Assembly (NCBI GenBank): GCA_950097015.1
Contig: CATNEN010000011.1
Location: 186,001-250,000 of the forward strand
Reading direction: 5' to 3'
Origin: Macrostomum hystrix
Taxonomy: Eukaryota > Animalia > Platyhelminthes
Length of the DNA: 64,000 nt
Below, in pieces: positions 10,550-22,500 of the stretch. The notes beneath the pieces were generated by a model. It searched no databases, was not told the origin of the DNA, and saw only the letters and a program-made list of their open reading frames with translations. Position 1 is the first letter of the stretch; each line of letters begins with the position of its first letter. Position numbers and translations under genes: made by a program.

Positions 10550-13500
10550 TCAATGCATTTGTGCGATCACATCAACGCATTGAAACCGCAGGTCTTCAAG
10601 GACATGGCGACAATGGGAAAGCAAGCCTGTTTTGCCTTGTAACGACTCGATTTCTTGATAGAGCCGTAACTGCAGACGCGAAGCTTCTTCGCGGATCAGA
10701 TTTTTCTCCTCACCTATTCGGGAAAATAGAGACGAAGCTTCGATCATGAGAAGACGATACCGTGCAGCAGGTTCAGATAGAGACACGCCGCAGTAGACAT
10801 CGGCCGTTGGATTGTAATATGTGGCCAGAGGTTCCCGTGAAAATTGTGGCAGATCCTTGGACCAAATGGCCGCCATTTCGCGCTGAACAACAGACAATCG
10901 CGCGATGTACACCTTGGCGTCGCTTTGTGCACTGCATTGGCGAAGGCTTGCATACAAGCGCAGCCGCTCAACAGCTCCGCACCGAAGGCGCTCTAATGGA
11001 GTCAGCGGAGAGGATTCTTCTTCAACTAAATACTCCTGAAGGTGCAGCTGTCCTCGTAGAAATAGCTGGTGCGGCTCACGATCTGAAAAATATGATTTCA
11101 TTGCACGACTGTTTTATTGCTTTACTCACGCGAGACAACCGCAATTAAGGCAGTGTGTTACCTTCTGGAAGCAATTTCTGCAAGAGACTGGTCAGAGACG
11201 CCGAGTGCCTGCGCAGCAAACGAAGTCTGTTTTGCAGCCATTTCCCTGGAGTGGAGGAAGTTGAAAAAAATTCTTTCAATAAATCGGCGCCCATAAATGA
11301 TAACCGCCATCGAATAACTGAATAAATGACATCCATTTTTACTACATTTGCTGTCAAAAGTTGAGGATATATACATTTTCAACCTTTAAACTGAGAAAAT
11401 ATGCGACAGAGAACAGAGAGATAGCATTAAAGTAAAAGGACAAAAAATCAAACACTGACCACATTCCAGTAAGTGACTGACATTCGAACGCCAAATGTAA
11501 TGAGCTAGAGTGTAAGTGCGGTGGTCAATGCGCATCTCCTTTAACTGTGGGCCGTATGGTCGGAACGATGAATTCAACCTCTCACAGTGTTCGCCATCGG
11601 TTAGGCCGCAGCCTTCAACGAATCTAACTGAGTTTTTTAGCTGAAATATGAAATAATAGGAATGATATGTGGCAAAAAATATAATGTACAATCAAAACTA
11701 TTTTCTTTCTTGTTTTGGTACGAACAAATGTAATACGAAATTTATAAATGAGACACAAAATACATACTCGGCAGGATGTCTTGTGAGCGAATGCATGAAA
11801 GGCGTTTACAGCAGGAACAATGGTTACATATGGATAGTCAGCCGCGATCTGCTGCAATCGACGGAACATCTTGCAGGCAATGTCATAGACAAAGATGACT
11901 ACCCCATTTACGCCACTTGCTTCCAAGAAGTATCGAAGACATTGTTCAGCGTATACAAGGCGTTCTCCTGGCGATCGGATGTCAGCGCATGAAACTATAA
12001 TTGAGTGGCGACAGGAGAGCATGAAGAGTCCGTTAACATCAAGGGCTCTTGAAGAAATTCTCCGAGTGACTGAGCCAGCTTGAAAATTCGAACACGAAGC
12101 AGTATCTTCGCCAGCTTCCTTGGGATCGACATCAACATGAATAAAAGGTGCCGGAAGACGACCATCGAGTGGTGATGGACACAGCTGCTGACCAGCCCGG
12201 CGTCTGTGACGCAAACCCATGCACCCATCTCCTGTGACGATTGTTGTGGACGGCAACGAACCTGGAGTGTTCTGAATAATTTGACGGATCCGCGATTTAA
12301 ATTTTACAACAATTATTGATTCGTGTATACATGCGAATGCTTGCATTTTAGTAAATTTCAACAGTGATCTAATTAAGAGCAGCAATTTAGAAATTAGACA
12401 CCGTAGCTGGGGTAGCAAATTTTAGACACAATGTGCACTTCGTCTATCGTCTTTCCTAAGGAAAACCTGCTCAATTTCGAAAAACAGTAGCAAGTTATTA
12501 CTCACAGCATCTGGACACAACAAGCAACCGGTCGGCCAAGGAAGCACATCGCGAAGAAGTTGCCTATATCTTTTAAGCACATCGTTTCGACGAAGAGCAT
12601 CGTATAAATGCAGCCATGTCTGGAAACGAAAATGTTTTTCCAATTGTTATCGGCTTTGAGTTTGTTGGTAAAACGCTCTATACTTAACCATATTTATATT
12701 TTAAGATACTATCCCATTTTTAGTATATAGGACTAGAAGATACAAGTTTTTTATAACTTACGCGCTGTCGACCCTCAGTGATATTATCAAACGTAAGCAA
12801 GCAGCGCACAGCTCGTAGAAGTGACATCTTTCCGTCGGATGTGAGACAATCGAGCATATCCAGAAGTCTCTTGTGAATGAATTTGTCGGAACTAACTTTT
12901 GTAACAGGAAAGTAGCCCGCAATAAGCATAGCATCGTTAATAGAACATTCCGCACAAAGATGAACTGACACAAAGATGCGATCTAAAATGATATTGCCCC
13001 AGAATGTAAATACGTAAAACAATGTTAATACGGGTAGCACCATCGCAATACACAGCAAATGTTAAAAATTACGTACGACCAAGATGGTCGTATACATTAG
13101 CAGACGTGCTACTATGTAAATCCTCTCGGGAATTAACACAGCAATGAATGACAGGCCGCTCAGCAGGAGTAGAGTCTTGGTACATCTCTCCCTATAATGA
13201 GTTTGAAGAGTAAACGAAAGTCACATCCACGACATAAGAAGATGCACTTTCATATGAAGTTATGAACAGTCAACTTACATTCCACTCGGTAAATTTGTGC
13301 ACCAGAAAGGTGCCATGCGTATCTTTCATACAATCCGAGCAGAATTTGCTGGCGCATGTAGTACAATATACGAAACCATCATTCATGCAGCGGCAGCACG
13401 GCTGTAGAATAAATTGCTTTAGACAGGCAGACGACTGCTGCTCAATAACTGGTTCTTCTCGCTCCCAGTCCTGTAGAGGCTGCTGCAACTTTGGTGATGC

Positions 13501-13704
13501 TGCCACGGAATCTACGACGTCCCAGTCCCTTTCTGCATGATCTGATACATGATCTGCTACAGAATGCTGAGAAGCTGCGGATTCCTGACTGCTTTGAGTA
13601 GTTTGCCGGTTAAAGTTGGCTCTAGCGACATTATAGGGCAGAAAGAGTGAACCACGGCCGCGGCGCCGCGATACTCGGATGCCAAGATTTACTGAACGAG
13701 GAAA
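10550..13704 (-). CDS. KDZ (Kyakuja-Dileera-Zisupton) transposase with N-terminal CxC cysteine cluster; 5' exon not located
   Basis: Exons 13704-13279, 13191-13077, 12982-~12762, 12619-12506, 12271-11768, 11640-11460, 11245-11162, 11082-10550 join in phase at GT-AG sites. Motifs CRC..YCTTCASKFCSDC..H..HKFTEWNG, GYFPVT, CLLCP, GDGC, LSCRH, GERLVY, VYDIAC, FHAFAHKTSC, GCGLTDGEHCER. Confidence 0.88.
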
Positions 13705-13764
13705 CTGAAATAAAATAAAGCATAAGAAAACTACAGTAAGGAAAAAGGAACAAAGTAGTGCTAC

Positions 13765-14080
13765 AGCAGGGCAGGGGCTGGTGGTGGGGCAGGGGCAGGA
13801 CTACTGCAGGGTTTGGGCAGGGGATGGGACTGGGCAGGGGCAGGGGGTTTGGGGCAGGGGCAGGGACAGGGGGTTGGGGCAGGGGCAGGGGGTTGGGGCA
13901 GGGGCAGGGACAGGGGGTTGGGGCAGGGGCAGGGACAGGGGGTCGGGGCTGGAGCAGGGGCAGCGGCTGAGGCTGGGTCTAGGGCAGGGGTAGGGCATCG
14001 GTAGAGGCAAGGGGTGGGGTAGGGGCCAGACAAGGGCAGTGCGAAAGTTGGACAGGGGCAGGGGCAGGGGCAGAGCAGGG
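13765..14080 (+). repeat. GGGGCA-type G-rich repeat with G-quadruplex potential
   Basis: Dense GGGGCAGGGGCAGGGACAGGGGG runs. Confidence 0.85.
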
Positions 14081-14127
14081 TCCGTGTCATATAAAGGGAA
14101 CATAATAAATGACTTCGTTAAATCCAG

Positions 14128-14134
14128 CTTTATA
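14128..14134 (-). promoter_or_regulatory. Candidate TATA box for the KDZ transposase gene
   Basis: TATAAAG on the minus strand between the right satellite and the transposase exons. Confidence 0.3.
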
Positions 14135-14424
14135 GGCCACAGCTTGTAGTATATAAATATAACCTTCTAGCTAGTGGTTGGTATAGCTACCCTGGTAAGG
14201 TTGGCAGGTTGCTCATAACTGGAGATTTATCTTAATTTAAGTAATTAAATGAAATATGAATTGTATCTCATTTGTCATATAATAGTTTAGGAAATCAAAT
14301 AGATATAGCCTTATTTAATCACTTCGAAATAGTGCCTCGGTTAGCAATATAAAATCATAAACCAAGTTTAATAAATTATTCTTTATAATAAATTATAAAG
14401 AAAAAAAGTATTCTTGTATAAATA

Positions 14425-16040
14425 CTGGACTGGACTGGATAGCTAGCTAGGACTAGAAAGCTAGGGAGGCAAGATAGGACTAGACAGCTAGTGGGGGGGC
14501 AGGATAGCTAGCTAGGACTGGACAGCTAGGGGGGCAGAAAAGCTAGCTAGGAATGGACAGCTAGGGGGCAGGATAGCTATCTAGGGGGGGCAGGATAGCT
14601 ATCTAGGGGGGGCAGGATAGCTAGCTAGGGGGGCAGGATAGCTAGCTAGGGGGGCAGGATAGCTAGCTAAGGGGGGCAGGATAGCTAGCTAGGACTGGCC
14701 ACCTAGGGGGGTGGCAAGATTTCTAGCTAGGACTGGACAGCTATGGGGCAGGATAGCTAGCTAGGACTGGACAGCTAGGGGGGCAGGATAGCTAGCTAGG
14801 ACTAGGCAGTTAGGGGGGCACTGGGCACAATAGCTAGCTAGGACTGGACAGCTAGGGGGCAGGATAGCGAGCTAGGACTGGACAGCTAGGGGCCAGGATA
14901 GCTAGCTAGGACTGGACAGCTAGGGGCCAGGATAGCTAGCTAGGACTGGCCAGCTAGGGGCCAGGATTGCTAGCTAGGACTGGGCAGTTAGGGGGGCACT
15001 GGGCACAATAGCTAGCTAGGACTGGACAGCTAGGGGGCAGGATAGCTAGCTAGGACTGGACAGCTAGGGGCCAGGATAGCTAGCTAGGACTGGCCAGCTA
15101 GGGGCCAGGATTGCTAGCTAGGACTGGCCAGCTAGGGGGCAGGATAGCTAGCTAGGACTAGACAGCTAGGGGGGCAAGATTGCTAGCTAGGACTGGACAG
15201 CTAGGGGGCAGGATAGCTAGCTAGGGGGGCAGGATAGCTAGCTAGGGGGGCAGGATAGCTAGCTAGGGGGGCAGGATAGCTAGCTAGGGGGGCAGGATAG
15301 CTAGCTAGGGGGGCAGGATAGCTAGCTAGGGGGGCAGGATAGCTAGCTAGGGGGGGCAGGATAGCTAGCTAGGGGGGCAGGATAGCTAGCTAGGGGGGCA
15401 TGATAGCTAGCTAGGACTGGCCAGCTAGGGGGGGCAAGATTTCTAGCTAGGACTGGACAGCTAGTGGGCAGGATAGCTAGCTAGGGGTGGCAGGATAGCT
15501 AGCTAGGACTAGGCAGTTGGGGGGCACTGGGCACAATAGCTAGCTAGGACTGGACAGCTAGGGGGCAGGATAGCTAGCTAGGACTGGACAGCTAGGGGGG
15601 CAGGATTGCTAGCTAGGGGGGGCAAGATTGCTAGCTAGGACTGGACAGCTAGTGGGCAGGATAGCTAGCTAGGGGGGGCCTGGATAGCTAGCTAGGACTG
15701 GCCAGCTAGGGGGGGGGCAAGATTTCTAGCAAGGACTGGACAGCTAGTGGGCAGGATAGCTAGCTAGGGGTGGCAGGATAGCTAGCTAGGACTAGGCAGT
15801 TAGGGGGGCACTGGGCACAATAGCTAGCTAGGACTGGACAGCTAGGGGGCAGGATAGCTAGCTAGGACTGGACAGCTAGGGGCCAGGATAGCTAACTAGG
15901 ACTGGCCAGCTAGGGGGGCAAGATTGCTAGCTAGGACTGGACAGCTAGGGGGCAGGATAGCTAGTTAGGACTAGACAGCTAGGGGGGCAAGATTGCTAGC
16001 TAGGACTAGACAGCTAGGGGCAGGATATCTAGGAGGACTA
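14425..16040 (-). repeat. Right subterminal CTAG-rich satellite array (inverted relative to the left)
   Basis: GGGGGCAGGATAGCTAGCTAG and GACTGGACAGCTAG modules are the reverse complements of the left array; about twice as long. Confidence 0.92.
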
Positions 16041-16059
16041 GAGGGCTGGGTAGCGAGGA

Positions 16060-16927
16060 GGACTGGATAAATATAGTATATATATATGTTATACTTTATA
16101 TTGTAAAATGTATTTAATACTAATATAGATAATGTCTCTAAATTAACAAATATGACTAGATCATAACATAAAAAGCTATTTGGTAGTTTAGAACAATTCA
16201 ATAAATTTTCTTCATGCAAATGAGTGCCATATAATTTTTTATATAACCACTAACTAGCATTTATAATAACAAAAAAGCTATAACTAAACAGTATTTATAT
16301 AATTTATCAGCACATTATTGGATAAATAGATCAAATGTTTAGAAAATATATCATGCCTAGGCATAGGCTAGCTTGATTTCTACTTAACAAAAGTTTCACA
16401 TCAGAAAAAGCCCATAAAGCTAAAGAACCTGAGTTAATAGTTAATTCCTGTAACCTGTTACTACAACTTTCTAATCTAGCAAGTAGTAATATAGTGGCTT
16501 TACTGTTACATTACAAGAAAATTCATATTCGACAAAAAGCAATCTTCAACTTCACCATACAATGTAAGTCACATCTATGTATAGCTTTAAAGCAGCTGAC
16601 TAGCTTGTAAATTCTGCAAGTAACATCAAACCTGATAATGAATCATATACCAGTGCCAGCCCCGTGCTGATGAATTTTAAATTCGTTTTTATTCAAACAG
16701 CACTTTAAAACAAAGTCGTATTTCAAAATTTAGGATTTTTAACAGGTTAAACAAAACACAATAAATCGCTTAATTTCTAGCCTTGCTGCATTGAAGTACT
16801 AGTTAGTTAAAACAGATGAGCTTTTTCCGGTCTAGTCCATAGAAGAAAGCTTAACAGACGAGCTTTTTCCAGGCTAGACGGGAGATATTTTAAGCTTTTT
16901 CCCCGTCTAGACCTCTGCCGTCGGGTG
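16060..16927 (-). repeat. Right terminal inverted repeat (unique part)
   Basis: Reverse complement of 1285-2260. Confidence 0.9.
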
Positions 16928-17175
16928 AATTGATGGTTATTACGTGACACGTATGAAACATTCGCCGACACTTATTCAGACACTTCTACAGACACTTTAG
17001 TTTCTGTCGTACGGTCAGGAACAAGCATTAAATTTGTCCAGGACACTTCCGAATTCATATTTAATGTAATAAAGCAGTCCATGCATAATCCATGCATGCA
17101 TAGAACGACGTATTAATTTGCCGATTAGCATTCGCATACACATTCATATTCAAACAAGATCATTGTAACTTAGAA

Positions 17176-17405
17176 AATAATAACCATCAATTACTGCGAA
17201 ACTTAACAGATCTTCTGATGCAACTAAGATAACGTTCCAACAAAAATAATTATTTTTGTCCATGCTTAAAAGAAATTACATAGCTTTAAAGTTTGCTTCT
17301 ATCTCGGTAGTGTATTTTCTTGTACTTTAAAAAAATACACTTCTGCTGTATCAATGGCAATGAAAATTGACAAAACCTCTGATGCGATAGAGTTGATTAG
17401 ATGTG
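17176..17405 (-). repeat. Inverted paralogue of the KDZ target region (empty site)
   Basis: Reverse complement reads CATCAGAAGATCTGTTAAGTTTCGCAGTAATTGATGGTTATTA, i.e. left flank plus right flank with one AATTGAT. Confidence 0.85.
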
Positions 17406-17424
17406 AAATATTAATAAAGAATTA

Positions 17425-17851
17425 GGTTCATTTCGGTAACATACACTTTGGAAGGCCTAACAGACATTTCGGTAACATAGGGCCTAGTCAGGACACCTCG
17501 GTTTCTTGAATAGGGGCCTAGGCCTAATGCCAAATCATTAGTCCTCAACCAAAGAAATTAAAAACGTATATATAATTTATTAAGTCAAGTTAGTAAAATT
17601 TAGTCAAACTCATGACATTAAAATTTAAGAATGTAACTATTACTTGTTTTTTTGAGTAAGCCTACTAAATGACGTGGCCTATTCTTGAATGAAATAATAA
17701 AAATAAAAAAATGTGACACCTTCTCAGTTACCAAAGTGTACCGATAATTTTACTGAAATGTCTGTTGCTGAATGTTTGTTACCAAAGTGGATTTCAGTTA
17801 TTACCATAATGGCTGTTACTGAAGTGTCTGTTACCAAAATGGACTGCAACC
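17425..17851. mobile_element. Probable PIF/Harbinger-type MITE
   Basis: GGTT...AACC ends, imperfect TIRs containing CATTT(C/T)GGTAAC, TTA on both flanks, internal repeats of the TIR motif. Confidence 0.4.
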
Positions 17852-19589
17852 TTAGGCCTAATATATATGCCCTATAAAAGTATAACATTGGATCTGCTTC
17901 CTATAAAAAGTTACAAAAATTTACAAACATTTTAAGTGAATTTTAGTGCATTTTTGTGACTTCTTTTGTGTATTCTATTGGGCTAGAATATATTAGGCCT
18001 AGTTTCAGTATTGGCTTGACTAAGTTATTCATACAAAGTTACTGTTACTGTTAGACCTAGGCCTACAACTTATTTAATGACTAGGCCTACAATAAATTTG
18101 AGGCAGGCTAATACATAGCTACTGTTAAAGAGTAAGGGTCTAGTAGTTGCTTTGAGTTAAATATTTATTTCCACTGCTTACAATCAAAGATGCAAAATAA
18201 GGAAAAATGTCAAATTTAAAGAGGCCTTTTATGTAAAGAATCCAAAATATCAGTATCAGTATCAGCTATCAAATCTTAGCTTAGCTAGGCCTTTTTCCAG
18301 AAAGCAGAGTTAGACTTATAGTCAGAGATCTAGGAGTCTGGGACATATGCTATATTTTAAAATTTTGTATATTACTACTTAGTACTATGTAAGCCTTGTC
18401 TATTGTAGGTCTAACTTTTGTAAAAGGGTTTCAAAAAAGGCAAAATGATTATAGAGTTTCTGGGGCTTCTTGAACTTTAATCTGATAATAAATAAAATTG
18501 TTCCAGTTTTAATAGCTAGGTTTACATCAAAATCAATGTCCATTTCATATATTGATTGACATTTATAAGGGTGATAAGTTAAAAAGGAAAACTATTTTCC
18601 CCTATCTACATTCTACTACAAACACTTTCTATGAAATGGCTTTCCTATCTATAGATGACTACATTTAGCTTAACATGGAAAACATAAACAGGGGTTGACA
18701 ATGATTTATTTAATTTGTGGGAGAATGATAAATAAGATTGATTAAACTTTAGGAGATTTATAAAGTTATGGAGACCCATTAAAGATTAATCCTATTTACT
18801 ATAGGGTGGGCCTACTCCTGAGGGCTTTAGTGAATACCTCAATATATGGGAATCAGACTCTATGAAATTGACAATTGTGTATAAATGAGAGCAACAACAA
18901 GATTATTCTAGTTGTTGGGCATTTTGGGGTCTATGCTTTTTGTTACAAGGCATTTTGATACCTTTTTGATATATTTTGGTTACTATCTAGCCAGTTAACA
19001 GTTTTAAATATGCCTATGGCCAATACTAACATGCCTAAATATTCTGGCACCTGTCTATGCTTTTACTTTGTTGCTGCTTGTTATTTAATTTTTTATGTAA
19101 GAAGTGTATATTTCTGAAAATCCAGAGCCCATGGCAATAGGACTAGTGCACCTACAGCTAACCCCAGCCTGCTAATATCCAGGATTTGGTGCAATTTTCT
19201 AGCCTTGTGGTTAAGCAAAGATGTGTCTCATGCCAGTTTGATATGTGCACCAACCCTTGAAATGAATGCAAGTTTAGCAAGCTCTATGCTAGATAAGCTT
19301 GCTTATCCAGTACTTACTTTATCTAGAGTTAGGACTCTAGATAAGAATAAATGCATCATACTCACCTGCACAACTTCTAACCATAAGCCAGCAAAAGCCA
19401 CAAAATGAGACAGCCAGTAGTGAGACAAAATGCTGTGTTAATGAGTAAAATGTGAAGTTGTTAGGCCTAGCCATTGTCAGAGTTGTGGCTTCTTTCTATT
19501 TGAGTAGCCCTTCTAGGCACTCTGGATTTTACATTAAACTCCGATAAGCTATTTGAACTAACAATGCAACTTCGCAGCACTGCCACCAA

Positions 19590-22500
19590 ATGCCCACGCC
19601 AGTCAGTGTCTCTAGTTTTACCGACGCTGCCGCAGCAGCAGCCAGCCAAGACCCAGACCTGCAGCGCCTGCTGGCCAAGGTTGAGCGAATTGGCGCGACC
19701 ACCAGACGACTAGACACGGTTGGAGCTGTTGTCATTGGCAACAATGCTGCTGCAAATGGCACGGCGGGATTGGAGCCTGTACTGGCGGATGCTCGCAGCC
19801 TATCGGACATGATTCGCTGCACATCAGAACTCGCTGACCGCGTTAGTAATAAAGTCAGACAGCTTGACTGCGCCAAGAGTCGCGTCACGGCAGGACTGCA
19901 ACGTGTTGAGGACATCATTGATCTGAAAGCCTGCACTGACGGTGTGCAAAAGGCTCTACAAGATGAGGACTTCGAGATCGCTGCCGCACACATTCACAGG
20001 TTTGCTGAGTGCACCTCACTATATGTGGCTCACTGCTATGTGGCTCATTGCTAGATAGGATTCCTAAACCCGAATTCCAAAATCAATGCTTTCCTGTATT
20101 ATCTATTTAACTTCGGGTGTGTCATAAGTAATGTTGTCGGATTCCCACCCAACACTTGACATTTCATTTAAATCTGCTGTTGTAATTAATAAGCTCTAAA
20201 TTTCATCTCAGTTACAAACTATTTTATCTATGGTAATTTAGACAGGCCCAACGTAGCCCAAGTGACTTATTGAAAATACACAACAATAATTTGCTTCTTC
20301 GTTATCTATCTTCAACTGACCTAACTTTGAAATAATTGTCACAAACGACAAAAATGGTAGCAGAGCGTTAAATTCACCGTTAAATTGCAACATGGTGAAA
20401 ACTAGAGGTATTCTTTCAACATCCAAGCGCTTGACAGCAACGAGCAGCAAGTCAACGCGCAACACGGGTCTCGACCACAACTCACGAAGCAACCCTGACT
20501 CAGATCCCAATGTTCGCCACGCACATCGCCCAGAAACAACTTCGGCATCTGTTGTCTTTACACCATTTGTGCAGAACCCAGCAACGCAAACGCCAAGTTT
20601 GACCACTCATCATACTGCAAGCACAATTGACATCAACACCCTCATCAGTTCAATGACTGCCATGATGCAGCAGAATCAGCAGCTCATACAGCAGCTCGCC
20701 GCCAACAACACGCCCGCCTCGGCGACGGCATCTCGGCCAGCGTCGCTTCTCACCGACACTGTGCTTATAAAAGTGCATCTGCAGTCCTTTGATGGTGAGG
20801 ATATCGCGAGTTTCCCTGCCTTCTGGAATTCGTTCAACCACAGAATCAACCAAGTCGGCTACTCGGAGGTCGACAAATTTGAAGCTCTGCGTGGTTTGCT
20901 CACGGGCAACGCTCTCAGGAAGCTCGCCGGACTGGACGCCTGTCAACCTGGCGCCTTTCAAGAGGCATGCAGGATCCTACAGATCAATTACGGGGACGTA
21001 CAAGAGCAAAAGAGCGCTTGCTATAAACGTCTTCTCAGCATGCAGCGCCTCCCAGAGCCTGAATTTCACTCCTTGGAGGAATTCACGGATGCACTACGGC
21101 TCACAATCGGTCAGCTCAATCGTCTGAACGAGCCCACGGCCGCGATCGATGCATACACATATGCAGTATGGCCAAATCTTCCAAGTGTTCTCCAATCGGA
21201 AATTCAAGAGGCTCGTATTAAAGCTTCGAAGAATCCAATGCCCACAATGTCAGAGCTCCAAGAGCACCTGGACATTAAGCTGCGCACTATCCGCGCTGTA
21301 GCCATGAACAAGAACCCGGTCGACATCCCATACGCCGGGGCCAGCCTAGTCAACTCTGCCTATTCGAGCCAACCCGTTGGAAACAAAACAAGTTTTTCAG
21401 CCGAAGAACGCACTCGCCGTCGCAGAATAGGTGTCAACAAACTAAGTTCTTACCCCTCGGGACACAAAGAAATTACATGTGCCTATTGTGACGGGAGCGA
21501 CCATAGCGCCCTTCACTGCCACCGCATTACAGAACCTACGGATCGCCTCAACACCATCCGTCGAAAAAGATTGTGCTTTAACTGCCTACGCGATCACAAT
21601 GCAAGGGATTGTCAATCATCAAGACGATGTCAAAAATGCAAAGGTAAACACCACTCATCTATTCATGGCGCGAACAGTACTCAGGACGACACCAGAGAAA
21701 AGAACAAACCTATTCACCAATACACCGGCCGACATACCACTGCAAGTTCCCATTTAAACGTGACAACTACACCGGCGGCCGCAGATAGCATAGCTCAAAC
21801 GAAGGATGTTAGCAAGTCGGACGCCTTAAATACTGTTTCATGCGTCTCCTCCACCCAGGAAGGTCACCTCAACCCAACCGTTATGGCCACCTTCTCTGCT
21901 CCAGCCTTTAATCGCAAGTCGGGTGCTTCAACTCGTATTTCTGCTCTCATTGATGGTGGATGCAGCTACACCTATCTAAGAAGCGACATCGCGAAGCAGC
22001 TCGGCTTACACCCACTTCGCAAGCTCACACTGGAAAGCTCGGCTTGCCACGCCACAGCTCGTCGTGTTATCAGTGCCGAGTTAGTTCAACTTGAGCTAGC
22101 CACATCGGATGGCAGACGCATGCCCCTCAATGTTCTCTCTATTGATAAGATTGCACCAGCAATTCACTTAAAAGCTGTTCAGCTCCCATTAGACATCCGA
22201 GCCACACTCGCTCACCTGCCGCATGGTGTTGCAAACAGCCCACCTAAGGAAGACACTGAATTGGACCTCGATCTTCTGATCGGTAAAGATTATGCTCAAC
22301 TCCTGATAGGACCAAGTGTCGGTGCTATTCCGCTACGCCCCACCTTCACCGCTCATCTGACGCCATTCGGAGCTATTCTCACAGGCTCGCTCTCAGCCAC
22401 AACAAACTCCAATTGCTTACTCAACGCAGGACGAGTAACATGTACCTCGCTCTTCAGCCATGCACAGGCGGACAACATGGAGACCATAGTGGAAAGGATG

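Larger units (their letters stand above)
1285..16927. mobile_element. Large KDZ-superfamily DNA transposon with long foldback-like TIRs and 7-bp TSD
   Basis: Ends CACCCGACGGCAGAGGTCTAGACGGGG (1285) and CCCCGTCTAGACCTCTGCCGTCGGGTG (16927); AATTGAT on both sides (1278-1284, 16928-16934); internal KDZ transposase. Confidence 0.92.

Noticed and set aside
13758-14103. Several Gly- or Pro/Cys-rich ORFs on both strands
   Set aside because: Open frames explained by the stop-poor GGGGCA repeat; no splice link to the transposase could be shown.
1285-16927. Classification as Galileo/P or CACTA element
   Set aside because: TIR architecture and CAC ends are suggestive, but the encoded protein has KDZ motifs and no THAP/P or CACTA transposase signature.
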